Shown here in pieces: positions 18,467 through 27,364 of a stretch of 64,000 nt of DNA (position 1 is the stretch's first letter; the number at the start of each line of letters is the position of its first letter). Location: contig OY843751.1 of NCBI GenBank assembly GCA_963693055.1, positions 4,736,001 through 4,800,000 on the forward strand, in the 5' to 3' direction. The DNA is from a bacterium. GTDB lineage: Bacteria > Zhuqueibacterota > Zhuqueibacteria > Residuimicrobiales > Krinioviventaceae. Made by a program: the position numbers and the translations under genes. Below the pieces are notes generated by a model. It was not told where the DNA came from. It did not search any database and saw nothing but the letters and a program-made list of their open reading frames with translations.

Positions 18467-18631
18467 ATGGAGTTATTTTACCTGTTAATGTCTGGTGTTG
18501 TTGCAGCTGTTGCCAAAAGGCTAATTGATATAAAAAGCACCCAAATGGAAACCGGCATCATTCAGCCCCAAGGAGGAGATGATCCTGATCCGCCGCCACC
18601 ACCACCAGACCCTCCAGATCCTAATTGCTAA
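18467..18631 (+). CDS. Unannotated 54-aa peptide MELFYLLMSGVVAAVAKRLIDIKSTQMETGIIQPQGGDDPDPPPPPPDPPDPNC
   Basis: AGGAGA RBS at 18455-18460, 6 nt before the ATG; fills the space between the upstream stop and a terminator. Confidence 0.75.
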   Translation: MELFYLLMSGVVAAVAKRLIDIKSTQMETGIIQPQGGDDPDPPPPPPDPPDPNC

Positions 18632-18638
18632 TTTATAT

Positions 18639-18668
18639 GGTCCTGCCTTTGTTATGCAGGGCCTTTTT
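18639..18668 (+). terminator. Intrinsic terminator after the peptide gene
   Basis: GGTCCTGC-ctttgttat-GCAGGGCC-TTTTT. Confidence 0.7.
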
Positions 18669-18684
18669 CGTTAAAACCTGCCTG

Positions 18685-18714
18685 TTGCATTTGAATATTT
18701 TTTGATATATCTTG
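18685..18714 (+). promoter_or_regulatory. Putative housekeeping promoter for the CHAT gene
   Basis: TTGCAT-N17-TATCTT(G). Confidence 0.45.
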
Positions 18715-18742
18715 TATATTAAAAAATATTGTATCTGTAAAA

Positions 18743-21700
18743 ATGAAAAAACTACTTTCAACATTACTCCTCTTTTTATCAAGCTGTCTTGTTTTTGCAA
18801 ATCAAGATAATCTGGAATATTATACTTTTCTCAAAACCCTGCAAAGTCTTCCAGACAGCACACAACTTGAACACACTTTGAATTATTTATATGACCATCC
18901 TGACGTTTGGAAAGTATATGAAAAAGCATATAGATTGTTTGTATACACGGATCAAAAAGACAAGGCATACACCTTTTACAAAAACCTGGCAGACGACAAA
19001 CGATATTCTCTCTATGCAAATTTATACCTTGCAAAACTAAACAGAGAAGACAATAAAATTGATATTGCAAATCAGCACCTGGTATCCGCATTTGAAATAG
19101 GGCCAGACTATTATATAATCTCAGAATATGCAAAAAATCATACCGAATCAATTGTTATTGATTCAATAATAACAAGCCACGCAGATAACAGCTCATTATT
19201 AATAGTAAATGCCTTGAGAAAATACTACAAGGGAAATTACGCAAAAGCAATTCCCCTATTCAAACAAATCCCACAATTAAACAGCAATCTGAACTTACAG
19301 TTTATGCTTGGTTATTGTTACACGCTTTCGAACCAGTATGAGCAAGCAGATTCGGTTTATGACGAAGGATATAAAGAAGCAATAAAACAAAAAAATATTG
19401 ACGGCCAAATAATTGCTTTACAGGCACTTGGTAAATTGGCCATTGCCCAGCACGACTTGAATAATGCAGAAATATTATTGAATAAAGCCTTGAAAGTATC
19501 TGACGATATTATAGACTATAGGCGCAAAATAACCACTTTAAATGAACTGGGCAATTTAAAACTGAAACAGGGCAAATTAGATTCAAGTATGGTGTATTAC
19601 AATCTTGCTCAATCCTATTCCGATAGATTCAAAGGGAAAATTCAACTTGCCCAGATCCTGAGAAATGGATACAATTACCATCTTAACCATCAATTCTCTC
19701 AAGCCATTCAGTGCTACAGAAAATCAATTGAATTGATAGACCCAAACGACCGGAACCATCAATTGCGAATTAAAAGTCTGCTTGTAACACTTTATGAACG
19801 CTTCGGTATGAGCAGTCTCATGGACCAAATGCTTGCTGAATGTAAAGTGTTAGCAAATGATAACAATTACACCAGTACAAAAAAATGGGTAGAACTTCAG
19901 GAAATAAAAAACCAGCTGTCATTAGACAAAATAGACACTCAAAGGGAAAAACTGTTTGAACTATATAAATATTATAAATCATCAGAAAATGCAAATTTAT
20001 ACAGTTGTCTGAATACACTTGCATATTCTTTTATTATTGAGCTTGATTATAAAAAAGCACAAACATTTTATCAGCTAGCGCTTTATGAGGCAACCAGAAC
20101 AAACAACCAGAGCAAAAAAGCATATTACCTAACCCGCCTCGCATTTATGAATATCAAAATTGGTGAAATAAACAACGCCATGGCAAGGCTAGACTCGGCA
20201 AAACAAATAATTGCCAGAATTGATGATTCTTATATGTCCAGATATGTTTTTAGAGTAACAGGGCTTGCTTTTGAAAAAACGGCCAACACTGATAGCGCAC
20301 TGTACTATTATTACAAGGCAATACCACATACAGAACAGCTTCGTAATAAACTATCGGCAGAAGATCTAAGAATTGGAGCATTCTCAAGTGATGCCGCTAT
20401 TTACAGAGGAATTGCCCGCTGCTATTCACTAAAGTATGACACAACCCATGCCCACTCTTTATTAGATAGCCTGTATAAATACGAAGAAAGCTTTAGAAGC
20501 CGTGCCTTAAAAGACAGAATGGATGATCGCAACATTCTTTCCGGCTCTGTCAAACCAACTAAAAAATACAAGCAAGCAATGGCAATGATTGCAGGCTTGC
20601 AACAAAAGCTGCGAAAACAGGCAGGAACAAAACATTCCGAATCTGAATGGGACCAGTTGATGGGCGATCTTGAAACTGCAAAATACACATTAATTCAGCA
20701 GCGTTTATTCATGATAGACAGCTTAAAAATCAGTCAAAGCATGAATCCCGGAACATCTGCAAATTTATCTGAAATACGCAAACAACTAGAAAAAAATAAT
20801 GCGGGCATGCTGCAATACCACATTGATACTGAGACATCTTTTGTTCTGGTTGTAACCCCAGATACAACCCATATAGTGCAGCTTTCAATCACTCAAGATT
20901 CACTTTCAATGAAAATAAAAAAGTTAATGTCTCCATTGCACAATTTGCAAGATCAAAATCACAATATCCCATTTTTTGCCAAAACAGCACATCAACTTTA
21001 TGCGGAAATATTAAATCCGATTGAAAAAGAGATCAGATTACCAGAAAACCTGCTGATCGTTCCAGATGGCCCCCTAATGAACCTTCCCTTTGAGATGCTT
21101 CTTACCCAAAAACCAAACAAGGCCGCTTTTACCCCCTTTGATGAACCCGACTATAGCAGTTCTTTTTTACTGAACCATTATTCATTATTCTACAGTCCTA
21201 CGGGTATTGTATTAAAAAGTTCTGGCTTGAAATTACTCAACAGGCCCAATATGATGGTTTTTGCAAATCCTTTTTCAAATGAAGATGAAATTTCAGACAA
21301 TGTATTACAATACCGTTCACGTACCGGTTGGAATTTTCAGGCCCTTCCCTTTGCAGAGCTTGAAGCAAATGAAATATCAAAATTAACAAGCCGAGTCAAA
21401 CTCTATAAACGACAAAATGCAATAGAAACATATTTTACCCAAGATGCATCAAAATTTGACATTCTCCATCTTGCTACTCATGCTTTTGTTGACACTTCTT
21501 TTGAAGCTTTTTCAGGTCTCATTCTTGCCTCAGAACAGGACTCTACGAATGATGGAATTTTAATGGGCTATGAAATAGGGAATCTTGATCTGAATTGCGA
21601 ACTGGTTACACTGAGCGCTTGCGAAACCGGTAGAGGCAAAAACATTGCTGCTGAAGGCATATTGGGATTACCCCGTTTGTTCATGGGGGCAGGAGCCAAA

Positions 21701-22033
21701 TCTGTACTCATGTCACATTGGAAAGTTGACGACCGGTTCACATCAAAACTGATGCCTCTATTTTATCAATATTATTTAACTAAACATATGGATAAAGCAG
21801 ATGCGCTTGCAAATGCCAAGAGAGATTTGATCAAATCATCGCAAGAAATAAATGGAGAGCATTACCAGCACCCCTTATACTGGGCAGCATTTACCTTGTA
21901 TGGAAATCCTGATAAAATCACAAACACATCACCCATTTTACCAGCAGCAATATTGGGTTCAATTTTTATTTTTGCGATACTTGGCGGGGCTGTAATTAAA
22001 AAGAAAAAAAGCATAAAAAAAGCGGACATTTAA
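18743..22033 (+). CDS. TPR-CHAT domain protease (caspase-like, clan CD), exported, with C-terminal membrane anchor
   Basis: Signal peptide MKKLLSTLLLFLSSCLVFA; TPR array; LLIVPDGPLMNLPFE, LHLATHA (His), VTLSACETG (Cys), SHWKVDD, HPLYWAAF; C-terminal TM followed by KKKK. Confidence 0.92.
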   Translation: MKKLLSTLLLFLSSCLVFANQDNLEYYTFLKTLQSLPDSTQLEHTLNYLYDHPDVWKVYEKAYRLFVYTDQKDKAYTFYKNLADDKRYSLYANLYLAKLNREDNKIDIANQHLVSAFEIGPDYYIISEYAKNHTESIVIDSIITSHADNSSLLIVNALRKYYKGNYAKAIPLFKQIPQLNSNLNLQFMLGYCYTLSNQYEQADSVYDEGYKEAIKQKNIDGQIIALQALGKLAIAQHDLNNAEILLNKALKVSDDIIDYRRKITTLNELGNLKLKQGKLDSSMVYYNLAQSYSDRFKGKIQLAQILRNGYNYHLNHQFSQAIQCYRKSIELIDPNDRNHQLRIKSLLVTLYERFGMSSLMDQMLAECKVLANDNNYTSTKKWVELQEIKNQLSLDKIDTQREKLFELYKYYKSSENANLYSCLNTLAYSFIIELDYKKAQTFYQLALYEATRTNNQSKKAYYLTRLAFMNIKIGEINNAMARLDSAKQIIARIDDSYMSRYVFRVTGLAFEKTANTDSALYYYYKAIPHTEQLRNKLSAEDLRIGAFSSDAAIYRGIARCYSLKYDTTHAHSLLDSLYKYEESFRSRALKDRMDDRNILSGSVKPTKKYKQAMAMIAGLQQKLRKQAGTKHSESEWDQLMGDLETAKYTLIQQRLFMIDSLKISQSMNPGTSANLSEIRKQLEKNNAGMLQYHIDTETSFVLVVTPDTTHIVQLSITQDSLSMKIKKLMSPLHNLQDQNHNIPFFAKTAHQLYAEILNPIEKEIRLPENLLIVPDGPLMNLPFEMLLTQKPNKAAFTPFDEPDYSSSFLLNHYSLFYSPTGIVLKSSGLKLLNRPNMMVFANPFSNEDEISDNVLQYRSRTGWNFQALPFAELEANEISKLTSRVKLYKRQNAIETYFTQDASKFDILHLATHAFVDTSFEAFSGLILASEQDSTNDGILMGYEIGNLDLNCELVTLSACETGRGKNIAAEGILGLPRLFMGAGAKSVLMSHWKVDDRFTSKLMPLFYQYYLTKHMDKADALANAKRDLIKSSQEINGEHYQHPLYWAAFTLYGNPDKITNTSPILPAAILGSIFIFAILGGAVIKKKKSIKKADI

Positions 22034-22049
22034 ATCTAAACATCCGCTT
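22015..22049 (-). terminator. Intrinsic terminator for nadA, overlapping the CHAT 3' end
   Basis: Minus strand GCGGATGTTTA/TAAATGTCCGC stem followed by a T-tract. Confidence 0.55.
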
Positions 22050-22071
22050 CCATCTTAAAAATTCTGAATTA

Positions 22072-23127
22072 TTATCCAATAGCAATCATACGATCAACGG
22101 CTGTTTTGGCTCTTAGCCGAATATCTTCTGGCACATCTATTTGGTACTGCATCAATTTCAATGCATCCCGGGTTTCTTCAAGGGTTATCTCATTCATATG
22201 TGGACAACGAACACTGCAAAGCCTGAGCATCTCCTTGTCAGGATTCTCGCCGGCAATATTATCACCCATGCTACATTCGGTCAACAACAGATATCGTTCC
22301 GCCTTTGTCTCTTGCACATATTTGATCATACCGGTTGTACTGCCCGCATAATCCGAAGCCTCAATAACATCAGGACTGCATTCCAGATGCGCCAACACCA
22401 CCACATCAGGAAATTGTTTACGTACATTAGCAACATCCTCGGGTGTAAATTGTTCATGTACTTCACATTTTCCTGACCATCCTACAATCTGATAATCCAA
22501 CCCATTGTCCCGCTTTGATACATCTGATGGATCTTTTGATGGAAAGATTATGCGCTTTCCGGTTTCCTGTGCAATATTTTTTGCCATAAATTCATCCGGT
22601 AAAAAGATAATGGCCTCATCGCCAAAGGATTCGACAACCTGAACAGCATTGCCCGAGGTACAGCAAACATCACTTTCTGCTTTTACATCAGCATACGTAT
22701 TCACATATGTCACTACCGGCACACCGGGATACTCTTTTTTTAATTTTCGTACATCTTCAGCAGTTATGCTTTCTGCCAAAGAACAGCCACCCTTTGGAGA
22801 TGGCAACAAAACCGTTTTATCAGGACTCAAAATTTTGGCTGTTTCAGCCATAAATCTTACACCACAAAAAACGATAACATCTTTATCCGTAGTAGCGGCA
22901 AGGCGTGACAGCCCCAAAGAATCTCCGGTATAGTCTGGCACTGAATGAAACAAAGCGGGTTCCATATAGTTATGGCCCAGAATAACGGCATTCCGTTCTT
23001 CTTTGAGTTGATTTATCTCCATGGCAAGTTCCGCTTTGATGCGCAGTTCAACATCCGGGACAATACCTTTGAGTTTTATTTTCAATTTATCAAACATTTC
23101 ATCAACAGTTTTAGCTGCAATAGCCAT
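22072..23127 (-). CDS. nadA: Quinolinate synthase
   Basis: GHNYM, GDSL, FCGVRFMAETAK, GCSLA, YVNT, CEVH, AHLEC and CPHM motifs. Confidence 0.96.
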   Translation of the reverse strand: MAIAAKTVDEMFDKLKIKLKGIVPDVELRIKAELAMEINQLKEERNAVILGHNYMEPALFHSVPDYTGDSLGLSRLAATTDKDVIVFCGVRFMAETAKILSPDKTVLLPSPKGGCSLAESITAEDVRKLKKEYPGVPVVTYVNTYADVKAESDVCCTSGNAVQVVESFGDEAIIFLPDEFMAKNIAQETGKRIIFPSKDPSDVSKRDNGLDYQIVGWSGKCEVHEQFTPEDVANVRKQFPDVVVLAHLECSPDVIEASDYAGSTTGMIKYVQETKAERYLLLTECSMGDNIAGENPDKEMLRLCSVRCPHMNEITLEETRDALKLMQYQIDVPEDIRLRAKTAVDRMIAIG

Positions 23128-23185
23128 GAATTACCTCAATTTTTTTACAGTTGGTTTCTGCTTCCTATTAAAATAAGAAATAAAT

Positions 23186-24613
23186 CTACAAGATCAAATT
23201 GAATTGATGTGGTAATGATATTTTCAATTTACCCAGCATAAATGATACAGCGCCAATCATTTCGTCATTATATTTCAAGGCATAGTAACCATTTTTTATA
23301 CCATCAAAATCGATCCTGCTATTATAAAACAGTTCCTTTAGACTTTTTTCTTCCAATTCAATAAAAGATTGGGTAATATTATTTCCCAAAAACTGGGCAC
23401 CGTTGCTGGTCAATTTCCATTGATTACCCTTGCGCACGGCAACAGGCAGACCAGATTTGATAAACATTTCCGCCGGAAAGGATTCCCAGTCTTTACCGCA
23501 CAACCAAAGCCTTTTACTGGTCAGGTTGAATTTATAATCATCAAAAAATGATTTCTCAATACCCCAACGCTCACTTATATAATCAATAACCGGTACAAGC
23601 TGGGGATCATCACTGTTTTGTAAATAAATACGCTCTATTTTAGGCGGAGTACCTTTAAAGCGTATGGTATCTGTTTTCTTTAGCTTGGCTACAAAAAACG
23701 CTTCAAATGGCTGGGGATGCGGAAATACCCGTTTGGTTTTATGTATAGACTCGTCATACTTTTGGTCATTGTATTCCAGAATTCCATGCAATACCGATTC
23801 TCCCTCTAACCAGTCCATAGATTGCAACTCGACAGGATAATCTGCCAGTACACTGTTAACAATAGCTTCATTCTCTTCTGCGGTCAGAGTGCATGTTGAA
23901 TAAACTATAGTGCCACCGGGTTTAGCAGCCTTGATTGCAGATACCAGCATATGCCTCTGCGTGTTTAACAAGGTTTCAAGACCGGTAACACTCCACAGAC
24001 TTCCGGTTCGTAAAACCTGTCCCGGTAGTTTAGACAGCCCGGAACAAGGTGCATCAACCAATACCCGGTCAAAAGATTCATAAAACAAACGCCCCATACG
24101 TTGCCCCGGCATTTGCAAAAACACATCGTTAACAATGCCAGCCCGGGACGTATTGGTTAACAAAGGCTGCTGCCGCTTTAATGAAGGATCACATAACAAC
24201 AGTCGTCCCTTGTTTTGCATCATGGCGGCAATTTGCGTTGATTTTGAGCCAGGTGATGCGGCCATATCCAGCACTGAATCTCCGGGTTGCGGATCAAGTG
24301 CCAGTACCGGGATCTGTGAAGAAATACCCTGTCCATGAAACTCGCCACAGTAATATGAAAGCGTATGGGTTAAACGGGTAATATCATCATGCAAGATCAA
24401 TCCGGTTGGATTGTATGGATGTGGAGAAAAACCACAATCCCATTTTTTCATTTTTTCCAGAAAATCATTTACTGTTAATTTCAAAGTATTAACACGTATT
24501 GCCGCAGGCTCTTCCGGAGAATTGACAAACCGTGATAAATCATCCTTTAATACGGATTCAAGTGCTGTTTTAATTTCCTGGGGTAGTGCGTTATAAAGAT
24601 CGTGATTCAACAT
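23186..24613 (-). CDS. RsmF/NOL1/NOP2-family RNA m5C methyltransferase
   Basis: LDMAASPGSKS, DAPCSG and YSTCT (both cysteines present); start at 24613 or 24619 rather than 24724. Confidence 0.88.
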   Translation of the reverse strand: MLNHDLYNALPQEIKTALESVLKDDLSRFVNSPEEPAAIRVNTLKLTVNDFLEKMKKWDCGFSPHPYNPTGLILHDDITRLTHTLSYYCGEFHGQGISSQIPVLALDPQPGDSVLDMAASPGSKSTQIAAMMQNKGRLLLCDPSLKRQQPLLTNTSRAGIVNDVFLQMPGQRMGRLFYESFDRVLVDAPCSGLSKLPGQVLRTGSLWSVTGLETLLNTQRHMLVSAIKAAKPGGTIVYSTCTLTAEENEAIVNSVLADYPVELQSMDWLEGESVLHGILEYNDQKYDESIHKTKRVFPHPQPFEAFFVAKLKKTDTIRFKGTPPKIERIYLQNSDDPQLVPVIDYISERWGIEKSFFDDYKFNLTSKRLWLCGKDWESFPAEMFIKSGLPVAVRKGNQWKLTSNGAQFLGNNITQSFIELEEKSLKELFYNSRIDFDGIKNGYYALKYNDEMIGAVSFMLGKLKISLPHQFNLIL

Positions 24614-24748
24614 GTACATACCTGATAAAAAGAGACAGAAAAAAATATAATAATTTTCAAATCTAAATGAAACCGGAATATTTAACAAAATGATTTGTTT
24701 TATATTTTTAATCGTAAAATCCATGTATCAGATAATTTGGAGAAAGAT

Positions 24749-25105
24749 ATGTCACAAGTAGAGACCGGTCTTGAACAGGCCCTTATCAATATATCACCGG
24801 AAGCACAAAAACAGTTTTTATCCATTATGCAAGAGAATGAGAATCAATACAAGTTTTTGCGCCTTGGCGTTAATGCATCCGGCTGTTCAGGATATTCTTA
24901 CCTAATGCTTTTTGAGAATTATAAAAAAGGAACAGACCAACAAATTGATTTTGGTGAATTATCTGTATTAATATCCGCCGATTCCATTGAAATGGTTAAA
25001 GGGGCCAATATCGATTACCAGACAGATGAAAATAGGAGCGGTTTTGTGATTGACAATCCAAGCAAAGGCGGTTCCTGCGGCTGCGGCGGCTCTTGCGGTT
25101 GTTAA
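24749..25105 (+). CDS. A-type Fe-S cluster carrier (IscA/SufA/ErpA/HesB family)
   Basis: LRLGVNASGCSGYSY and GFVIDNP...SCGCGGS; GGAG RBS before ATG 24749. Confidence 0.92.
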   Translation: MSQVETGLEQALINISPEAQKQFLSIMQENENQYKFLRLGVNASGCSGYSYLMLFENYKKGTDQQIDFGELSVLISADSIEMVKGANIDYQTDENRSGFVIDNPSKGGSCGCGGSCGC

Positions 25106-25110
25106 ATTTT

Positions 25111-25142
25111 AAGCCCTGATTTTAAATCAGGGCTTTTTTTTT
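25111..25142 (+). terminator. Intrinsic terminator
   Basis: AAGCCCTGATT-ttaa...AATCAGGGCTT hairpin followed by a T-tract. Confidence 0.85.
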
Positions 25143-25249
25143 GCAAACTATCCGTCCCTCTCAAAAAACACCCTCATTTCTTTTAAATATTATTTTTATT
25201 TTATTTTACGATTTCGTAAGTTACAGTATTGTACAAAAACGGAAGATGT

Positions 25250-27364
25250 ATGAGAGACCAGTATAAATCCAGAGACCAGCTTTACAGTGAAGTGCTGACT
25301 CTGCGCAAGCAATTACGCGAATATAAAGACAAATACGACAACACACAGGCCAATATAAATAATGTACAAACCAGTCCTCAAGAGCATAATATTCTTCTGG
25401 ACTATTTGACAGATTATATCTATACCGTTAGATTCAAAAAAACTAAACCTGCCGAAACCATGCACGGACCGGGTTGTGTATCTGTTACCGGGTATACATC
25501 AAAAGAATACACCAAAGATCCGGAGCTGTGGTTTAGAATGGTATACAAAAGAGACCGTGAAGCCGTCTCCAAACAGGCGCAAATGGCCCGTGACGGAAAG
25601 GCAGTTCCCCCGCTCGAACATCGAATCATCCACAAAGACGGTAGTATACGCTGGGTACGAAACACAGTTGTTCAGCTGCGTGACGAAAATGGCAAATTTT
25701 ACGGTTATAATGGACTGATCAATGACATTACCGCCCGAAAAAAAGCCGAAAAAACCCTGCTTACCAGTGAGCTTAAATATCGCTCACTTACAAATGATGT
25801 TTTGGAAAGCACCAAAGTTGGCATTGTAATTCTGGATTACAAGTACAACATCGTCTGGGTAAATCGAGCCTACGAGTACTATACAGGCTTGAAGCGTATC
25901 GATATAATTGGCAAAAATGCTCAGGATTATCTAAAATCCACAGTTAAACATCTGTTTCAAAATCCTGAAAATTTCGAAAAAATGGTCAATTCATCATATG
26001 GATCAATAGAAACTGTAAATTTTGAATGCTGTCGTATAAACAATCATGGCGAAATGGTGCGCTGCCTGGAATACTGGAGCATGCCAATAAAAACCGGATT
26101 ATATGCTGGCGGTCGAATTGAACAATACTATGACGTGACCGAACATAAAACCATTCTTGACGATGTAGTAGAAAGTGAAAGACGCCATAAACAACTATTG
26201 CACCACCTTACCGATTATGTCTATTCTGTCAAAGTAGAATTTGGTGAACCTGTTGACACGTTTCATGGCATTGGCTGTGTGGCTGTAACCGGCTATACTC
26301 AGGAAGATTTTGCCATGAATCCTGACTTGTGGATTGAAATGGTTTACAAAGAAGATCGTGATGATGTTAGAGAACATGCACGCAAAGCCCTGCTGGGAAA
26401 ATCTTCAAAACCGTTGGCCCACCGCATCACCCACAGGGATGGCTCGCTGCGATGGGTAAAGAGCACGATTGTTTTACAAAAAAATGAAAAAGGAAATGTA
26501 ATTTCCTATGACGGTCTGATAAATGATATCACTGAATTAAAAAAAGCAGAAGAGCTTGATAAAATGCGTCAGCAACAACTTGTTCAGGCCGATAAAATGG
26601 TTACCCTGGGTATTCTTGTCTCGGGTGTGGCTCACGAGATCAACAATCCCAATAATTTTATGATGCTCAACAACAAAATGATCAACAAGGTTTGGGAAAG
26701 TACAAAACCCATCCTAGACGAATATTATAATGAGCATGGAGATTTTGTTCTGGCAGGTATGCCCTACTCTAAGGCCCATGACAAGATTGCGGAACTGATA
26801 ACCGGAATCAATGAAGGTGGTCAGCGAATTAAAAAAATTGTAGAAAGCCTAAAAAACTTTGCCCGTCACGACACCGGCGTTCTAGACCAGTCTATTAACC
26901 TGAATAAAGTTGTAGAAGCCGCTATATTAATCGTAAACAATTTGATCAAAAAATCTACGACCGATTTCAAGGTAAAATTTGCACCCAAACTGCCCGAGTT
27001 TCAAGGCAATTTCCAACAACTAGAGCAGTTGTTGATCAATTTGATCACAAATTCCTGTGAAGCCCTAAGCAAAAAAGAAAGACAATTGCATATTACTACA
27101 TTCTGGAACCGTGAGTCGAACCAGGTTGGCTTCTCGGTTATGGACAATGGTGACGGAATCACCAAAGAAGATATGAAACATATTATAGATCCCTTTTTTA
27201 CGACCAAACGCGAAATCGGTGGAACCGGATTAGGACTTTCCATCGCGTACAATATTATTAAAGATCATGGCGGAGAATTGCATCTTGACTCTCGTTTAGG
27301 ATTCGGTACAACCGCCACAATTACAATTCCTCTGAATGATAAAGATTTTGGAGCAATATCATGA
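25250..27364 (+). CDS. Cytoplasmic triple-PAS sensor histidine kinase (NtrB-like)
   Basis: Three PAS/PAC units; H-box VAHEINNP; N-box NLITNS; DNGDG; DPFFTTK; GTGLGL; no TM. Confidence 0.92.
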   Translation: MRDQYKSRDQLYSEVLTLRKQLREYKDKYDNTQANINNVQTSPQEHNILLDYLTDYIYTVRFKKTKPAETMHGPGCVSVTGYTSKEYTKDPELWFRMVYKRDREAVSKQAQMARDGKAVPPLEHRIIHKDGSIRWVRNTVVQLRDENGKFYGYNGLINDITARKKAEKTLLTSELKYRSLTNDVLESTKVGIVILDYKYNIVWVNRAYEYYTGLKRIDIIGKNAQDYLKSTVKHLFQNPENFEKMVNSSYGSIETVNFECCRINNHGEMVRCLEYWSMPIKTGLYAGGRIEQYYDVTEHKTILDDVVESERRHKQLLHHLTDYVYSVKVEFGEPVDTFHGIGCVAVTGYTQEDFAMNPDLWIEMVYKEDRDDVREHARKALLGKSSKPLAHRITHRDGSLRWVKSTIVLQKNEKGNVISYDGLINDITELKKAEELDKMRQQQLVQADKMVTLGILVSGVAHEINNPNNFMMLNNKMINKVWESTKPILDEYYNEHGDFVLAGMPYSKAHDKIAELITGINEGGQRIKKIVESLKNFARHDTGVLDQSINLNKVVEAAILIVNNLIKKSTTDFKVKFAPKLPEFQGNFQQLEQLLINLITNSCEALSKKERQLHITTFWNRESNQVGFSVMDNGDGITKEDMKHIIDPFFTTKREIGGTGLGLSIAYNIIKDHGGELHLDSRLGFGTTATITIPLNDKDFGAIS

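Noticed and set aside
18743-22033. CHAT protease as part of a type III-E CRISPR (Craspase) locus
   Set aside because: No repeat-spacer array or cas gene in the window, and the protein is predicted to be exported.
24614-24748. Overlapping N-terminal extensions of the RsmF-like and HesB ORFs
   Set aside because: AT-rich divergent intergenic sequence; downstream starts fit the family lengths better.
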